The translations under genes were made by a program, and so were the position numbers. A model generated the notes under the pieces. It saw only the letters and a list, made by a program, of their open reading frames with translations. It was not told where the DNA came from and ran no database searches. Positions 13,446 to 26,110 of a stretch of 64,000 nt of DNA are shown here, one piece after another. This DNA comes from Octopus vulgaris (taxonomy: Eukaryota), in NCBI GenBank assembly GCA_951406725.2, contig OX597814.1:179924001-179988000 (forward strand). Reading direction: 5' to 3'. Numbering within the stretch: position 1 is the first letter of the stretch; each line of letters starts with the position of its first letter.

Positions 13446-13775
13446 ATATATACCTCGAATACAATACACAGCTTCTTCTCATTGTCGATGAGTACAATAT
13501 CCAGTATGTTGCGTTCTATCCTTTTTTTCTATTTGCATGAAAGATTCCCGCAACAACTTCATCGTTTTCGGGGGCTTGCATTTTTATACCACAAAATAAC
13601 GACCAGATGGTTATTGCCTTTTTCTGTGCGTACAAAGCCAAATTTCTGCAAAAAAACTCTTGTATATACATATATACATATTATTCTATTATTCCTCATT
13701 GTTATCACTGCTTTTTGAAGAGATAACGGCTTCATCGATTTGGCAGCAGAACTAGCAAAGTTAGATAGATAGAAC

Positions 13776-13843
<68 letters not shown>

Positions 13844-14431
13844 CATACATACATACATACATACATACATACATAGAAAAGATAAGATATGCATGCACAT
13901 CGGCGTATTACACAGAGCAAAGGTAACTTATATGAAAGAAATGCATACCAGGTATTAAACACATTGTTACATAATCAAAAATCTCATAAGAACACAAAAG
14001 GCATTGTACCAAACCATGAACTGACACTAAGATCACAAAAGCACTAAAATCTAAAATTTATAAACTCACTATGACATAAAATGTAGAAAAATGTATAACT
14101 TTCCAGAGTAATTTATAAATTCGTTTAAGTTACTGTCAATACAATCGTGTTTGGATTCAGAAATTTAGCAACTGCCATTCTGTTTTGTGTTCTCGTCATA
14201 CTCGACCCCGTTCTCTTGTGTTCTTCCTGATATTGTACCCGTTGATTTTCGATCGAGTTATTTCATCATAATTCTCTTTCTCTCCCTCCCTCCCGCTTAC
14301 TTTCTGCCCCTTTCTCTCACTCTCTCAATTCCGCTTACTCCCCCCCCTCTCTCTCTCTCTCTCTCTCAAAATGTCACAATTAATCAGCTAAATATTTACA
14401 AATCATAGTCTCTGATGTGATGCCTGTGTGT

Positions 14432-15130
14432 CCTAGTTGCTTATGTGGTGCACGCGAAATCACTGTTTCGATTCCCCGACCAAGCGGTGTTGTGTTCATG
14501 CGCAAAACATTTCATTTCACGTTGCGAATGAGGCAGCGAGCTGGCAGAAACGTTAGCACGCCGGATGAAATGCTTAGCGGTATTTCGTCTGCCGTTACGT
14601 TCTGAGTTCAAATTCCGCCGAGGTCGACTTTGCCTTTCATCCTTTCGGGATCAATAAATTAAATACCAGTTGCGCACTGGGGTCGATCTAATCGACTTAA
14701 TCCCTTTGTCTGTCCTTGTTTGTCCCCTCTATGTTTATCCCCTTGTGGGTAGTAAAGAAATAGTTATTTCGCCTGCCGCTACGTTCTGAGTTCAAATTCC
14801 GCTGGGGTCGACTTTGCCTTTCATCCTTTCGGGGTCGATGAAATAAGTACCAGTTCCGCACTGGGGTCGATATAATCGACTTAATCCATTTGTCTGTCCT
14901 TGTTTGTCCTTTCTATATGTAGCCCCTTTTGGGCAATAAAGAAATAAAGAAACATTTCATTTCACGTTGCTCCAGTCCACTCAGGTGTAAATGAATAACC
15001 CTGCAACGTACTGCCATTCCATTTTCGACACGCCAGTCGCGATGTCGGTCACTTATACGCCATAGGCCTATCCGCCTAACCAAGTGAGTTGCTTCATTTG
15101 AAAGCTACAAAAATGGCGGGGGCGAATTGT
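14432..15130 (+). mobile_element. Old SINE (family D) split by a family C SINE insertion
   Basis: Head at 14432-14525 (GTTTCGATTCC B box) resumes at 14971 with TCCAGTCCACTCAG. Matches the reverse complement of 18760-19012. Confidence 0.7.
14526..14949 (+). mobile_element. SINE family C with internal tandem duplication and 21-bp TSD
   Basis: AAACATTTCATTTCACGTTGC occurs at 14505-14525 and 14950-14970. The body from TATTTCG..GAGTTCAAATTCC to AAAGAAATA is present twice. Confidence 0.9.
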
Positions 15131-16726
15131 GACCAGCGATGTATAACAGCATAGTTAGATCGTTTCAGTGATATTTTCCCTTATGTTAATTTTCAAAATT
15201 AATATAGTAGGTAGCCTCTACTTTCCAGCTCAGTCATATAGATTCTTCTAATTTGTTCATTTGAAAGCAAACTTCCTTTTATTTCCTGTCTTAGTTCTTT
15301 TATCTTCCTTCCTATCGTCTTATTCTTCCGCTTCTTGCTTCAGCTCTTCGATTTCGTTCCATAGAAATTGTTACGTAAATGTTAAAATCTGCAGCAGAAG
15401 GTAAAAATATAACGAATATAATATATATTGCGAAAAAATTAATAATGCGAAAAACTGTACAAAGAATTTGTCTTTCCGAATGATAGATTTAAAGAATTAT
15501 TGAAAGACGTTTTATTCATTAATTAGTTTTACTAAATAAGGATGGATATGAATAATTATTTGAAGTTGTTACTCCCGTTTTTGATTTGTATTTATATAAA
15601 AATATATAAAGCTTTCACTCTAAGCCCAGGAAGCACATTCTCTTTTACCCGGGAATACCATTTAAACACGAAGTGAGAATAAAATTTCTTGCGCAAAAAT
15701 TTGTAGTAGAAAAACAAATAGTAAAAGATAACAAGAAACCGTAATAATTTCCTTGATGTCTTAATATCTGCTGCTCCATGAAACTAAGAAATTTTAAACT
15801 TGACAAAAGCGAAAGGGGAAAAATACAAAACAGATATTTCCTAGAAAATGAAATTAATCAAGTACACGAGTGGACAATAATGATAGTATGATAAATAGCT
15901 GGCAGTCGACTACCATCTAGCCTCCTAAAGGCATTCATTGTGAGTAAAACGTATTACATCACTGTCGAATTGTGCAAAAAGGAGAAATAAAAGTATCCAA
16001 TTATACCATCATTAAAAACGAGATTAAGAGCCATCTTACCTTTCTTAATAAATTTTAACAAATATTTTGTCAAAATGTCACGGTTTAGCGATGCATTCAA
16101 CACAAGACAACGAACTAATACTATAGTTTCTGAATCATTGCCCTCACTTAATTAATCACATCCCATTTGGACTCTCTCGTTTAATATCTTATTTGCACTC
16201 AGCCTAACAAAATGGCTGAACTAACTGTGTTATTCAAACTATAATTGAAACACTGCAACTTTTATTTGCACGAGACCAATGGTATCAAACTGATAGTACT
16301 CGAATTTCCAGAGATATATGTATATATGTAATGAGGGAAAGGGAACTTGGTTCACCTTTATTTTATTTGTTAGGTGTGTTTCGATATTCGGTAACACATG
16401 ATGTCACACTGTAGTATATGCAATAAGTAGATGCACTCCATAAGAAGGGTAGCGTGTATATGGAAGTACATCCTCAAACAAAGAACCGGAAAATTCAGTT
16501 CAAACATATAGGAACCAAAGTTAAATACTCGAGAGGTACAAAGTCTGGAGGCGGAGGGAGAGGGGCAGGGGCGAATCGTGATGTTTTAGCTACAAAGTTG
16601 GAATGGTGTTTGTATGAATCGGAGTGCACCAATAACTAGAGGAACAGGTCGCACTTACGTGGCCTTCCTATATGCATACGTACGGACTCACGCACGGACA
16701 TATGCACACACACATATGATAGATAG

Positions 16727-16759
<33 letters not shown>

Positions 16760-17037
16760 AGGGGAAGGGAGGGAGAGAGAGATGGATAGATAGATACATA
16801 TGTATATATACATACAAACATAAATAAATAAAAAGGTATATATGAGATAAACGAAAGAAAGTGGCACTCCACGCATTTCCTAGGATTTACACGCATTATT
16901 GAATAACAGCTTGACTTCATGCAACTTAAGGTTTCATGGGCGTGTAAAACGAACCTAGCTCTTCGGGCTTAAATTCATTTTACGAACTCACGAAACTTTA
17001 AATTGCATAGACCCGAAACAAACTGTTTTAAAACTAC

Positions 17038-17092
<55 letters not shown>

Positions 17093-17372
17093 CAACAATT
17101 GAGGGTAAAATTAATTAATTATTAATCAATTTCACCAAGTATTCAGTATGTAAAGGGACCATTTTAGGCGAATTCAAAATATTACATTATATATAAGGGC
17201 TTAGTAAAATAAATTACTTTGCCACATACTGAACTCATTAGAAATAGCAGCTAAAGAAATTTCTTCAGCTATTTCTAATACTTAAAGAAGATCTCTCTCA
17301 GATAGTGTTTGCCTAAACCAACTCACAAGGTATGGGGGAAAAAACATTAAAAAATCAATTGCAAAGGTTATT

Positions 17373-17424
17373 TGAGAACGTACGTTTCTAGATTAGTCAA
17401 TTCGACATTTCTTTCGTCAGCTCA
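17373..17424 (-). ncRNA. Type-I hammerhead motif (left arm)
   Basis: TGAG-CTGACGA-A-AGA..GTC-gaatt-GAC..TCT-A-GAAA-CGTACG-T-T-CTCA. Confidence 0.65.
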
Positions 17425-17571
17425 GAATTCCTTGAATCGTATTTGGGAACACTGAAAGTTGGGAGCATACCCTTTCGGCTTCTTATCACCTCTTATCATC
17501 CTAGAGGTGATAAGAAGCCGAAAGGGTATGCTCCCAACTTTCAGTGTTCCCAAATACGATTCAAGGAATTC

Positions 17572-17620
17572 TGAGCTGACGAAAATGTCGAATTGACTAA
17601 TCTAGAAACGTACGTTCTCA
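17572..17620 (+). ncRNA. Type-I hammerhead motif (right arm)
   Basis: TGAG-CTGACGA..GTC-gaatt-GAC..GAAA-CGTACG-T-T-CTCA. Palindromic stem III ACGTACGT, GUU triplet. The base of stem II is weakened by a 3-nt deletion relative to the left arm. Confidence 0.6.
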
Positions 17621-18312
17621 AATAACCTTTTGCACTTGATTTTTTAATGTTTTTCCCCCATACCTTTGTGAGTTGGTTTAGGCAAACACTATCTGAGAGA
17701 GATCTTCTTTAAGTATTAGAAATAGCTGAAGAAATTTCTTTAGCTGCTATTTCTAATGAGTTCAGTATGTGGCAAAGTAATTTATTTTACTAAGCCCTTA
17801 TATATAATATATATATATATATTAATGTGTGGGTGGGTGTGAGCATTTATAAATGTGATATAAATAATAAATTAAAGAAAGTCAGGAAAATCAAACGAAG
17901 ATATCAGTGTCGAACGCCTTCCTTCACAACAAGCCGATCACACAAGATTGGCCATTGAAAACGTGATTACAGTAGCTGTGCCACACATGATCACAGCCTT
18001 AGGGCTGCAACGTAGAAATGAATAAAAGAATAGCTAATGTTGCGTTCGACAATGGAAATTTTGGTAATCCGATCAGCTAAGCTGTCTATTCAGTGAATTA
18101 TTGCGTTAGTGGGGACGTATTCCAAAGATCCCCGTTAAAAGTAACACATTTCTCATGCAGGTGCATCATAGAGCACTAGGTGGCAAGACTGGTTCTTTGA
18201 AATACAGCAACAGCGCAGTCCACTGGATTCCACCATGTTTGTCTAATCGCAAAAGCATTCATCGACGATAGGGATAAAAGATACTTGACAAAGATACCAC
18301 AGTCGAAATATC

Positions 18313-18363
<51 letters not shown>

Positions 18364-18759
18364 TGAATGTGTCAACATAGTAAAGCCACATCTTTAAAAA
18401 GTTCCTTTTGTAACCTTTTGGTCTCTGTTTCCATCTCACTTAGTGACAGCATCGTTATTCGTTACGCTAATTCTAATCAGGTTTTTCCATAAAAAAAACA
18501 CGTGATACTGAGCCATTAATTCAGGGATAGCTAGGTTAATTCAGGAATAACTGATTCACTACATATAGTAACTGAATTCTGCACGACGGAGAACTGGAAT
18601 TACATATATATAAATATGTGTATGTGCATATTTATATATATATATATCATCATCATCATTGTTCGACCGTGGTCGAGACAATGGAATTTACCATGCTACG
18701 CCATCTTCACGGTCCATCATAGCATTGACCTATATATATATAGTTCTCCGTCGTGAAAT

Positions 18760-19012
18760 TAGCATGCAAGTGGCTGTGCACTCCACAAACACGCGTACTC
18801 TTAACTTAATTCTCAGGGATTTTCAGAGTCACACAGAATGTGACAAGACAGGCTCTTTGACTTACAAGTACAAACTACTTTTACCAGCTGAGTGAACTGC
18901 AAAAAAGTGAAATGAAGTGTCCTGCACAAGGACACAAAGAGCTGCTAGTAATAGAACTCACGATTTGCGATTGTGTGCCGAATATCCTTGCCAGTAATCG
19001 ACGTGCCTTCAC
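18760..19012 (-). mobile_element. Degraded SINE family D
   Basis: Reverse complement carries a tRNA-like head (GAGTTCTATT) and TGTGTCCTTG..CACTTCATTTCAC, shared with 14432-15130. Confidence 0.65.
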
Positions 19013-19410
19013 AAGTATGTAAGTATGTATGTATTGAAAAGGTTAAGAAATTTCACCTAAGCACGTGAGTAAATTTACACTCAAAAACAAAAACGAAAAC
19101 GCTTTGAGAAATATATATTTTTATCGGAATATGCCTCCGGTGGTTAGGAAAACATTTCAAATAATTTTAAATCATCCTAAAAGATAAAAAAAAGGCATTT
19201 TTCAATCGCTCATACGGTATTTTATTGATTCATTTAATTTATTGGAACCGTTAGTATATTTTGATGAAAATGTAGGTACTTTCTTTCTTTTACCCATAAT
19301 AAATTTCTCAAGCCATATTTTCTTCCTTTTTTTTAATACACACATACACACACACAAACATACACACATATATGCGCACGCGCACACTCACACATAAAAA
19401 CCGATAAACG

Positions 19411-19722
19411 TCGCCCTTTTCAAGCCTAGCCTGGTTCATGGGCCCGGATTCCCTGTTTCTTTGGCGTATGTGTCCTCCCCCCCCCCCCAGCTGGACGGGA
19501 CTCCAGTCCATCGTAGCGTTACTCAAGAAACAGGAAGAGAGAGTGAGAGAAAGTTGTGGCGAAAGAGTACAACAGGGGTCGCCACCACCCCTTGCCGGAG
19601 CCTCGTGGAGAATTTAGGTGTTTTTCGCTCAATAAACACACACAACGCCCGGTCTGGGAATCGAAACCGCGATCCTCCGACCGCGAGTCCGCTGTCCTAA
19701 CAACTGGGCCATTGCGCCTCCA
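19411..19722 (-). mobile_element. SINE family A, full length
   Basis: Colinear with the copies at 7415-7728 and 54660-54971. Confidence 0.9.
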
Positions 19723-19886
19723 CCACACACACACACACATACGTAGGAAAATTTGACTGGGAACTGTTGCTACTTCCACCTACAGTTGATTTCGGAGTAA
19801 GAGAGAAAGAGAGAGAGAGTTTATTGAGAGATAGAAAGGATTGTGAAGTTTCCCTTTAAGGGAAGAGAACTGCCTCAGGTGGTATA

Positions 19887-20575
19887 TAATGGGTCACACC
19901 ATTAATAAAACGATTTTTTCAATTGCATGAACTAAAAGTCGGAGGGGGACGAAATATACTACCTGCTACAAAATCAGCTAGTAATTTTACCTTGCACTTA
20001 TTCTTAGTACAATTCAATTTTAGCAGATATTTATCAACGCTATAATGTAAGTGACAAAGGATCATATTCGGCATATTTTGCTTAATGAGTTCAATAAAGG
20101 CATCAACGCAATGGAAAGTGCGGGGAATATCAATGCAGTGTATGTGAATCAGACAATAAGCGTAAGCCAGTGTCAACAGTGGTCCCAGAAATTCCGAGGC
20201 GGAAGCTACAGCCTAGAAGACGAATCTCGGACTGGAATATCTGTAGACCTCTAGGAAGACGTCCTGCAAACCCTGGTGGAACAAAAGCCCATCATGACTG
20301 CTGAGGAACTAGCAGAGAAGTTTGGATTTGGTCATTCAATTATTTATCGATACCTGCATGCCATCACAAAAGCCGGTAAATTGGGTCAATGAGTTCCTCA
20401 CAAACTTGCCGAGTCTAATCGTGCGCAAAAACTGAATGTCTACTCTTCTTTGCTGTTACGTCTCACGAATGAACCATTTTCTGACCAAATAGTGACTGGT
20501 TCTCTATAAAAATTTCAAGCCCCGAAGACAATGGGTAGGGAAAGAAGAAACACCAGCAACCCGGGCTAAAGAAGA
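19887..20575 (+). mobile_element. mariner transposon relic (5' end plus N-terminal transposase, disrupted)
   Basis: HIRHILLNEFNKG..NINAVY..SQCQQWSQKFRGGSYSLEDESRTG helix-turn-helix region, Q*VPHKL (WVPHEL motif) and IVTG, with stops. Confidence 0.9.
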
Positions 20576-20609
20576 AATGAAGATAGTCTTTTTTCTATTC
20601 CAAAGAAAA

Positions 20610-20797
20610 ACGATTATATTCACTTTATCGATTGCATTCTCACCTGGAATCGATTTTTGTAATTTTTTCAAGACTTATACACGCCCTGATACCGTCGGTA
20701 TCTACATATCTAATTTGAGCGCAATCGGATGGAAGATGCCCGAGATCCTAGAAGACACACACACAGACAGACAGAACGGATTTTATATAATAGATAT
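20610..20797 (+). mobile_element. Possible end of a non-autonomous Helentron/DINE-1-like element
   Basis: AATTTGAGCGCAATCGGATG..(CA)n(GACA)n..TTTTATATAATAGAT terminus pattern. Recognised by pattern only. Confidence 0.4.
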
Positions 20798-20804
20798 GAT
20801 GACC

Positions 20805-21100
20805 TGGGAAGTTTGACGAATTTTTTCAGTTCCACTGATGTCTTAAATCTGTAACCTTCTATTTAGCTTTCTCCTTTCTGGCTTTGAGAAACCTAATTAC
20901 TCAAGATTGGTGCTTAGTCAATTTGTTACATATCCCAGCACCGCAATAATAACAGGTATAAACATGAACTTGTAGACTGGATAGTGTAACTGTAAATTTC
21001 TCAATAGTTCAGCGTAGGTGTTTTCCTTATAATTGATAGTATCTTTATACTGACATCCGCTGAACATCTAATTTCCAATACTGTCTATCGTTTCTCTTCT
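20805..21100 (-). mobile_element. RLE-type non-LTR retrotransposon C-terminal relic
   Basis: KENTYAELLRNLQLHYPVYKFMFIPVIIAVLGYVTN*LSTNLE*LGFS. Homologous to 56430-56740. Confidence 0.65.
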
Positions 21101-21453
21101 ATGTATGTATGTACGAATGTATGTATTGTCCAGTGAAGCCAAAAGACCATTATCAATACATTTTTTTAAAAATCTAACTTTAGTGAGTCATTTCATCAGT
21201 TAATATTCTAAATTTTTATGTATTAAAAAACATTTATTTTCAGTTATATATGTGTGCGTTTCGAAAAGCCTACAAATTTCTAGGTGCACCTCCCCAAACA
21301 CATATACACATATTTCCTTATATACATATATGTATGTGTTTATGTATTGTTTCCACGTGTGTATATATAAATATATATACATGTATGCATATACACATGT
21401 ACATATATATATATATATTATATTTTATATAACCTATATCTATATATATGTAT

Positions 21454-21598
<145 letters not shown>

Positions 21599-21630
21599 TA
21601 TATATACACGCTTTATATATATATATATAT

Positions 21631-21677
21631 CATTCATACATATCTAGACTTAAATGTAAATGATATACATGCATATA

Positions 21678-21721
<44 letters not shown>

Positions 21722-21768
21722 TATATGCATGTATATTATTTACATTTAAGTCTAGATATGTATGAATG
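21631..21768. repeat. Inverted repeat centred on (TA)n
   Basis: CATTCATACATATCTAGACTTAAATGTAAAT.. is mirrored, with one mismatch in the non-microsatellite part, around a (TA)n centre. Confidence 0.9.
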
Positions 21769-22119
21769 TGTCGTGTGTTTGTACCATCATAAAAGATTGA
21801 ATATATTCAATACACATACATGGACAATGAAATACATAGTTAAAACGCATAAGTAGATGCATAGGCTATTTGCAGATTTTTATATGTTTTCATTTCGTAA
21901 TAAAAAGTGAAAATTAGTTTGGGTACGAAAACTCCGAATAAAGAAATAGAAGAAAGAAAATACACATGTTATGGCACACGCTCCAAAGTGCTCGATCAAT
22001 ATCAGTAATACTCATAGATGAAAACATATACTAATCGTAAAAGCTATTGTTCAGGTCATTAGCCTAATTTTTTTTTGTAGTACACTCTTGGAAATTCCTC
22101 AGCTGCTCTATGATACATA

Positions 22120-22153
<34 letters not shown>

Positions 22154-22304
22154 TCACACACACACACATTCACACACACGCACATTCACACACACACACG
22201 CACGCATTCATAAATGCATAAACACACGAACGCATTCACACACACACACACGTGCGCGCCACGCATTCATACACACAAACACACATGCGTTGGTTATACT
22301 TATC

Positions 22305-22373
<69 letters not shown>

Positions 22374-22486
22374 CCACAAAGGGGGTTATACGCATATAAT
22401 GATATATTTACATATAGATGTATGTGTGTATATATATGTATGTGTGTATATATATATATGTATGTATATGTATATATATATATATG

Positions 22487-22552
<66 letters not shown>

Positions 22553-22553
<1 letters not shown>

Positions 22554-22730
22554 GGCGCAGGAGTGGCTATTTGTTAAGTAGAGTGCTTACCAACTACATG
22601 GTTCCGGGTTCAGTCCTACTGCATGGCACTTTGGGCAAGTATCTTCTACTATAGCCTCGGGCCAACCAAAGCCTTGTGAGCGGATTTGGTAGATGGAAAC
22701 TAAAAGAAGCCCGTCCTATATATCTATATG

Positions 22731-22769
<39 letters not shown>

Positions 22770-23022
22770 TTATCCCCCCAACGTCGCTTGACAACCGATG
22801 CTCGTGTGTTTACGTCCCAGTAAAGAGACCGATATAAGTACTAGGCTTACAAAGAATAAGTCCTGGGGTCGTCAATTTGCTCAACTAAAGGCGGTGCTCC
22901 ATCATGGCTACAGTCAAATGACTGAAGCAAATAAAAGAATAAAAGAATAAAAGAATATAGACAGGGCTACAGTCAAATGACTGAAGCAAGTAAAAGAATA
23001 AAAGAATAAAAGAATATAGACA
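22553..23022 (+). mobile_element. SINE family B with duplicated 3' tail
   Basis: GGCGCAGGAGTGGCT head. GGCTACAGTCAAATGACTGAAGCAA(TAAAAGAA)n occurs twice. Confidence 0.88.
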
Positions 23023-23029
23023 GGGTACT

Positions 23030-23722
23030 AGAAAGTATAATATTGCTAGAAATAAGCGTCCAAATGGCTCAAGAACCATAGTGTGTCATGATGACTTGCA
23101 CCAAACATCAAAAGGCCGACATCATGAGCTCTGCGAACACTGCAAAAGCTACAAGACGCGATATGGGCACCATGAATACCAATCTCCTCCAAAGGTGATG
23201 GCCTTTGGGGATATCCCCAGTAAGAGTAACCTTATGTCACCCCACAATTTTGAACAGGGCCTTTGGTTCAATTTACAGGGTTATGTGAAACTGCGACTAG
23301 GGTCAAACTGTGGCTGGAGAGGGTTGCTTTTGGAAGACCATGTATTGCACAGGATTCGGTTCTTGCCATAACTCCGGAATGAGTTGGAAATGGTTGTCGG
23401 TAACTTTTCTGGCCACCTAATTCTCCCGATTGTAATCCCATGTGTTACTATATGTAGGGCACGGTTGAGAAAGAAATCCAGCACTCTGCTTACGATACCA
23501 AGGCTGAGCTGATGGCCAAGATCATGGAGGTGTTCGAAGGTTTTCCCAGCGACGCCGTGAGGAATGCATGCGCTTCGTTCTGACGGAAGCTGTCAGCGGT
23601 TACTCTATCTAAATTGTTATTTCACAGTCATAATTTATTAATATTTTCATTTTTGGATGGGATATTGGGTTTCCTTTAGATTTTGTGCAAACTCTCAAAT
23701 TTAGTCCGATCACGTTTTATAT
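23030..23722 (+). mobile_element. Tc1/mariner-superfamily (maT/DD37D-like) transposase relic
   Basis: Across frames: VMAFG..MSPHNFEQGL..GYVKL..VKLWLERVA.GRP..QDS, then FWPPNSPDCNP, then TKAELMAKIMEVF..VRNAC. Confidence 0.8.
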
Positions 23723-24486
23723 AAGGTGTATTTTTTTCATGTAATGATTGTGATAGGGAGTGGTTTCTTTCGCTTGCTATGTGTATATTGGTCTTCTTTT
23801 TATGAATATTGATATGTGAGTGATTATGCATGTGTATAAGATTTATGTGTTGGGATGCAAGTGCCGGTTTCGGTGTTTGCTTTATTCCGATTGGAGTTCA
23901 GACCCCATTATTTTGAAAATGATTTTGTTTTTGGTGTCATGATATGATTTCATTTTTTTTTTAATTCAGTATGAGTATGTCTCGTATAATTTTGTGCGTT
24001 TTCTGTTTTTTATCTGTGGTGCGGAGATAGATGAAACCCAAGATGTTTATATGTGAAAAACATATGGTCTGAAAAACAGCTGTTTTTATAAAGAAAATAC
24101 CCACGAATTCAGTCAAACACGAGAAGCATCATTCATTAGAAATATAGTTGATGCAACACTCAATTACTTATCCAAATTTTTTTTCATACTAAACTCATTC
24201 AAAACATTGACTTAAGAAACTTTACACGCTTACACACAAGAAAAAAATTACGTAAATAAAACAATAAATAAATAATCAAATACGCCCAACATCAACAACA
24301 CACGACCTACAATTACGAGAAATACAAACAACGCCTCGCAGGAATAACAATAGAACCGAAATAAACAATGAACAACCGGACGCAACAGGCCACACACTTA
24401 CATCACGTATATGTATGTATGTATGTATTTATAAAAAAGAAGTATGAAAACGCCACTATATAAGATAAATTTTAATTTTCTTAGAG

Positions 24487-24534
24487 ATTTTACAAGTTTC
24501 GGTTCTTCTTGAAAAAACGAACCTTATCAAAAAT
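24487..24534 (-). ncRNA. Type-I hammerhead motif with U3-A8 core variant
   Basis: ATTT-TTGATAA-GGTTC..GAACC-GAAA-CTTG-T-A-AAAT. Perfect 5-bp stem II, GUA triplet. Confidence 0.62.
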
Positions 24535-24781
24535 ATTTTTAAAAGTTAAGTGTAATAAAACAAAGTTCATTATTGTTTCTTACTAGTCTCAACAGAGTCC
24601 ACGTGGTGGTGTTTTGTGAGTCGGGGAGCATACTGGCGGTCTTGTGCGTTGACTAGATTCGTTGGCTGTAATTGTGGAAATGACCAGCGGCCGAACTAAC
24701 AGTAGTAGCAGTGACTGTTGGTCGTAGTAGTAGTATGTATATATATATATGTATATATACATATATATGTATGTATGTATG

Positions 24782-24826
<45 letters not shown>

Positions 24827-24915
24827 ATATATGAGGATATTATTATTAAACAAATAATAATGATATTAGTGGCTAACATAAAGAAATAACTGTAGAGGCA
24901 AAATTAATTTATATT

Positions 24916-25526
24916 TATAATTATATTATAATTATAATGAAGAGTACAAAGATAGTAGTAGTACCAGCATTGCAAGAGATAGACGACTCAAAACCAATAT
25001 AATCATTAATACACACTGGTGAATGCGAGGAAACGATCAAAATAAGTTACAGACTTTTTATGCCATAAGATTATCGGGCCCTGTGAACAAATACTTAGCC
25101 TTCATCAGTGAGTATTACCGTTTTAGGGGCTAAGGATTACTATTTTTGAACGTTTCATTATAATTATAATATATATATTTACATTTTATTTTATTCACAT
25201 TTTGAATTTCCCGTTGAATTCTCTTGGCCAATACGCACATGGTGAGACAAGTAATCTTCAGCCCCGAAAACAGTAATTCTCATTGATGAAGGCTAAATGT
25301 TTGTTTCACAGGGCCCGAAATCCTATATGAGAACGTCTGTTACTCATTTGCGATTTTCAATCGCTAATGGTTGGTTGGCTTTTTCCTATTTTGCTCGTTT
25401 CCTCCCATTCACCAGTGTGCATAAATGATTAAATTATTACAGTGGTTTTGAGTCGTTTTTTACTCCCATTTCTTGCAATGCTGGTACTATTTTTGTGCCC
25501 GTCATTATAATTATAATATAATTATA
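24916..25526. repeat. Diverged inverted repeat (~225/275-bp arms) with hammerhead motifs
   Basis: Blocks such as GTACCAGCATTGCAAGA, CACACTGGTGAATG and CGGGCCCTGTGAA recur inverted. Confidence 0.85.
25277..25333 (+). ncRNA. Type-I hammerhead motif
   Basis: TTCTCA-TTGATGA-A-GGC..GCC-C-GAAA-TCCTA-T-A-TGAGAA with a 6-bp stem I. The opposite arm (25064-25112, minus) has CTGATGA but GATA in place of GAAA. Confidence 0.6.
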
Positions 25527-25612
25527 TATGTATATATATATACTTAGATAAACTTAGATATGTTTCGACCAAAGATTGGTCGAGGCCATGTCTAACTTAA
25601 TAGCACCACCCG

Positions 25613-25674
<62 letters not shown>

Positions 25675-25786
25675 ATATATACACACACATATATATATAT
25701 GTGTGTGTGTATATGTACACATGTATACACATATATATACACGCATATATATACATATATATATACATATATATCTATAAATACAT

Positions 25787-25861
<75 letters not shown>

Positions 25862-25895
25862 TAGACATAGGCACAGATATAGTCATATACATATA

Positions 25896-26110
25896 CGAGG
25901 AATTGCTGAATTTTTTCCTGGCTTTAGATAAAAGAAAATACAGATGGATTAGTTAATTATGATTTTATTCAACATATCCCCCTCTCAGAACCACAAACTT
26001 ATTGCAGTAGCCCTTCAGTTTTGCTAAGACCTGTAAAAGAACTCAGAAGTTTGAACTTTCAAACAGGCTTTTCACGATAATTTTAAAGGAGCTTTTCAGC
26101 AACCCTTTCG
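25896..26110. mobile_element. mariner-derived MITE
   Basis: TA|CGAGGAATTGCTGAA ... TTCAGCAACCCTTTCG|TA, imperfect TIRs flanked by TA. Confidence 0.7.

Larger units (their letters stand above)
17186..17808. repeat. Near-perfect 623-bp palindrome (~307-bp arms, 9-nt loop) with a hammerhead motif in each arm
   Basis: 17186-17493 is the reverse complement of 17503-17808; the loop is TATCATCCT. Confidence 0.96.
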
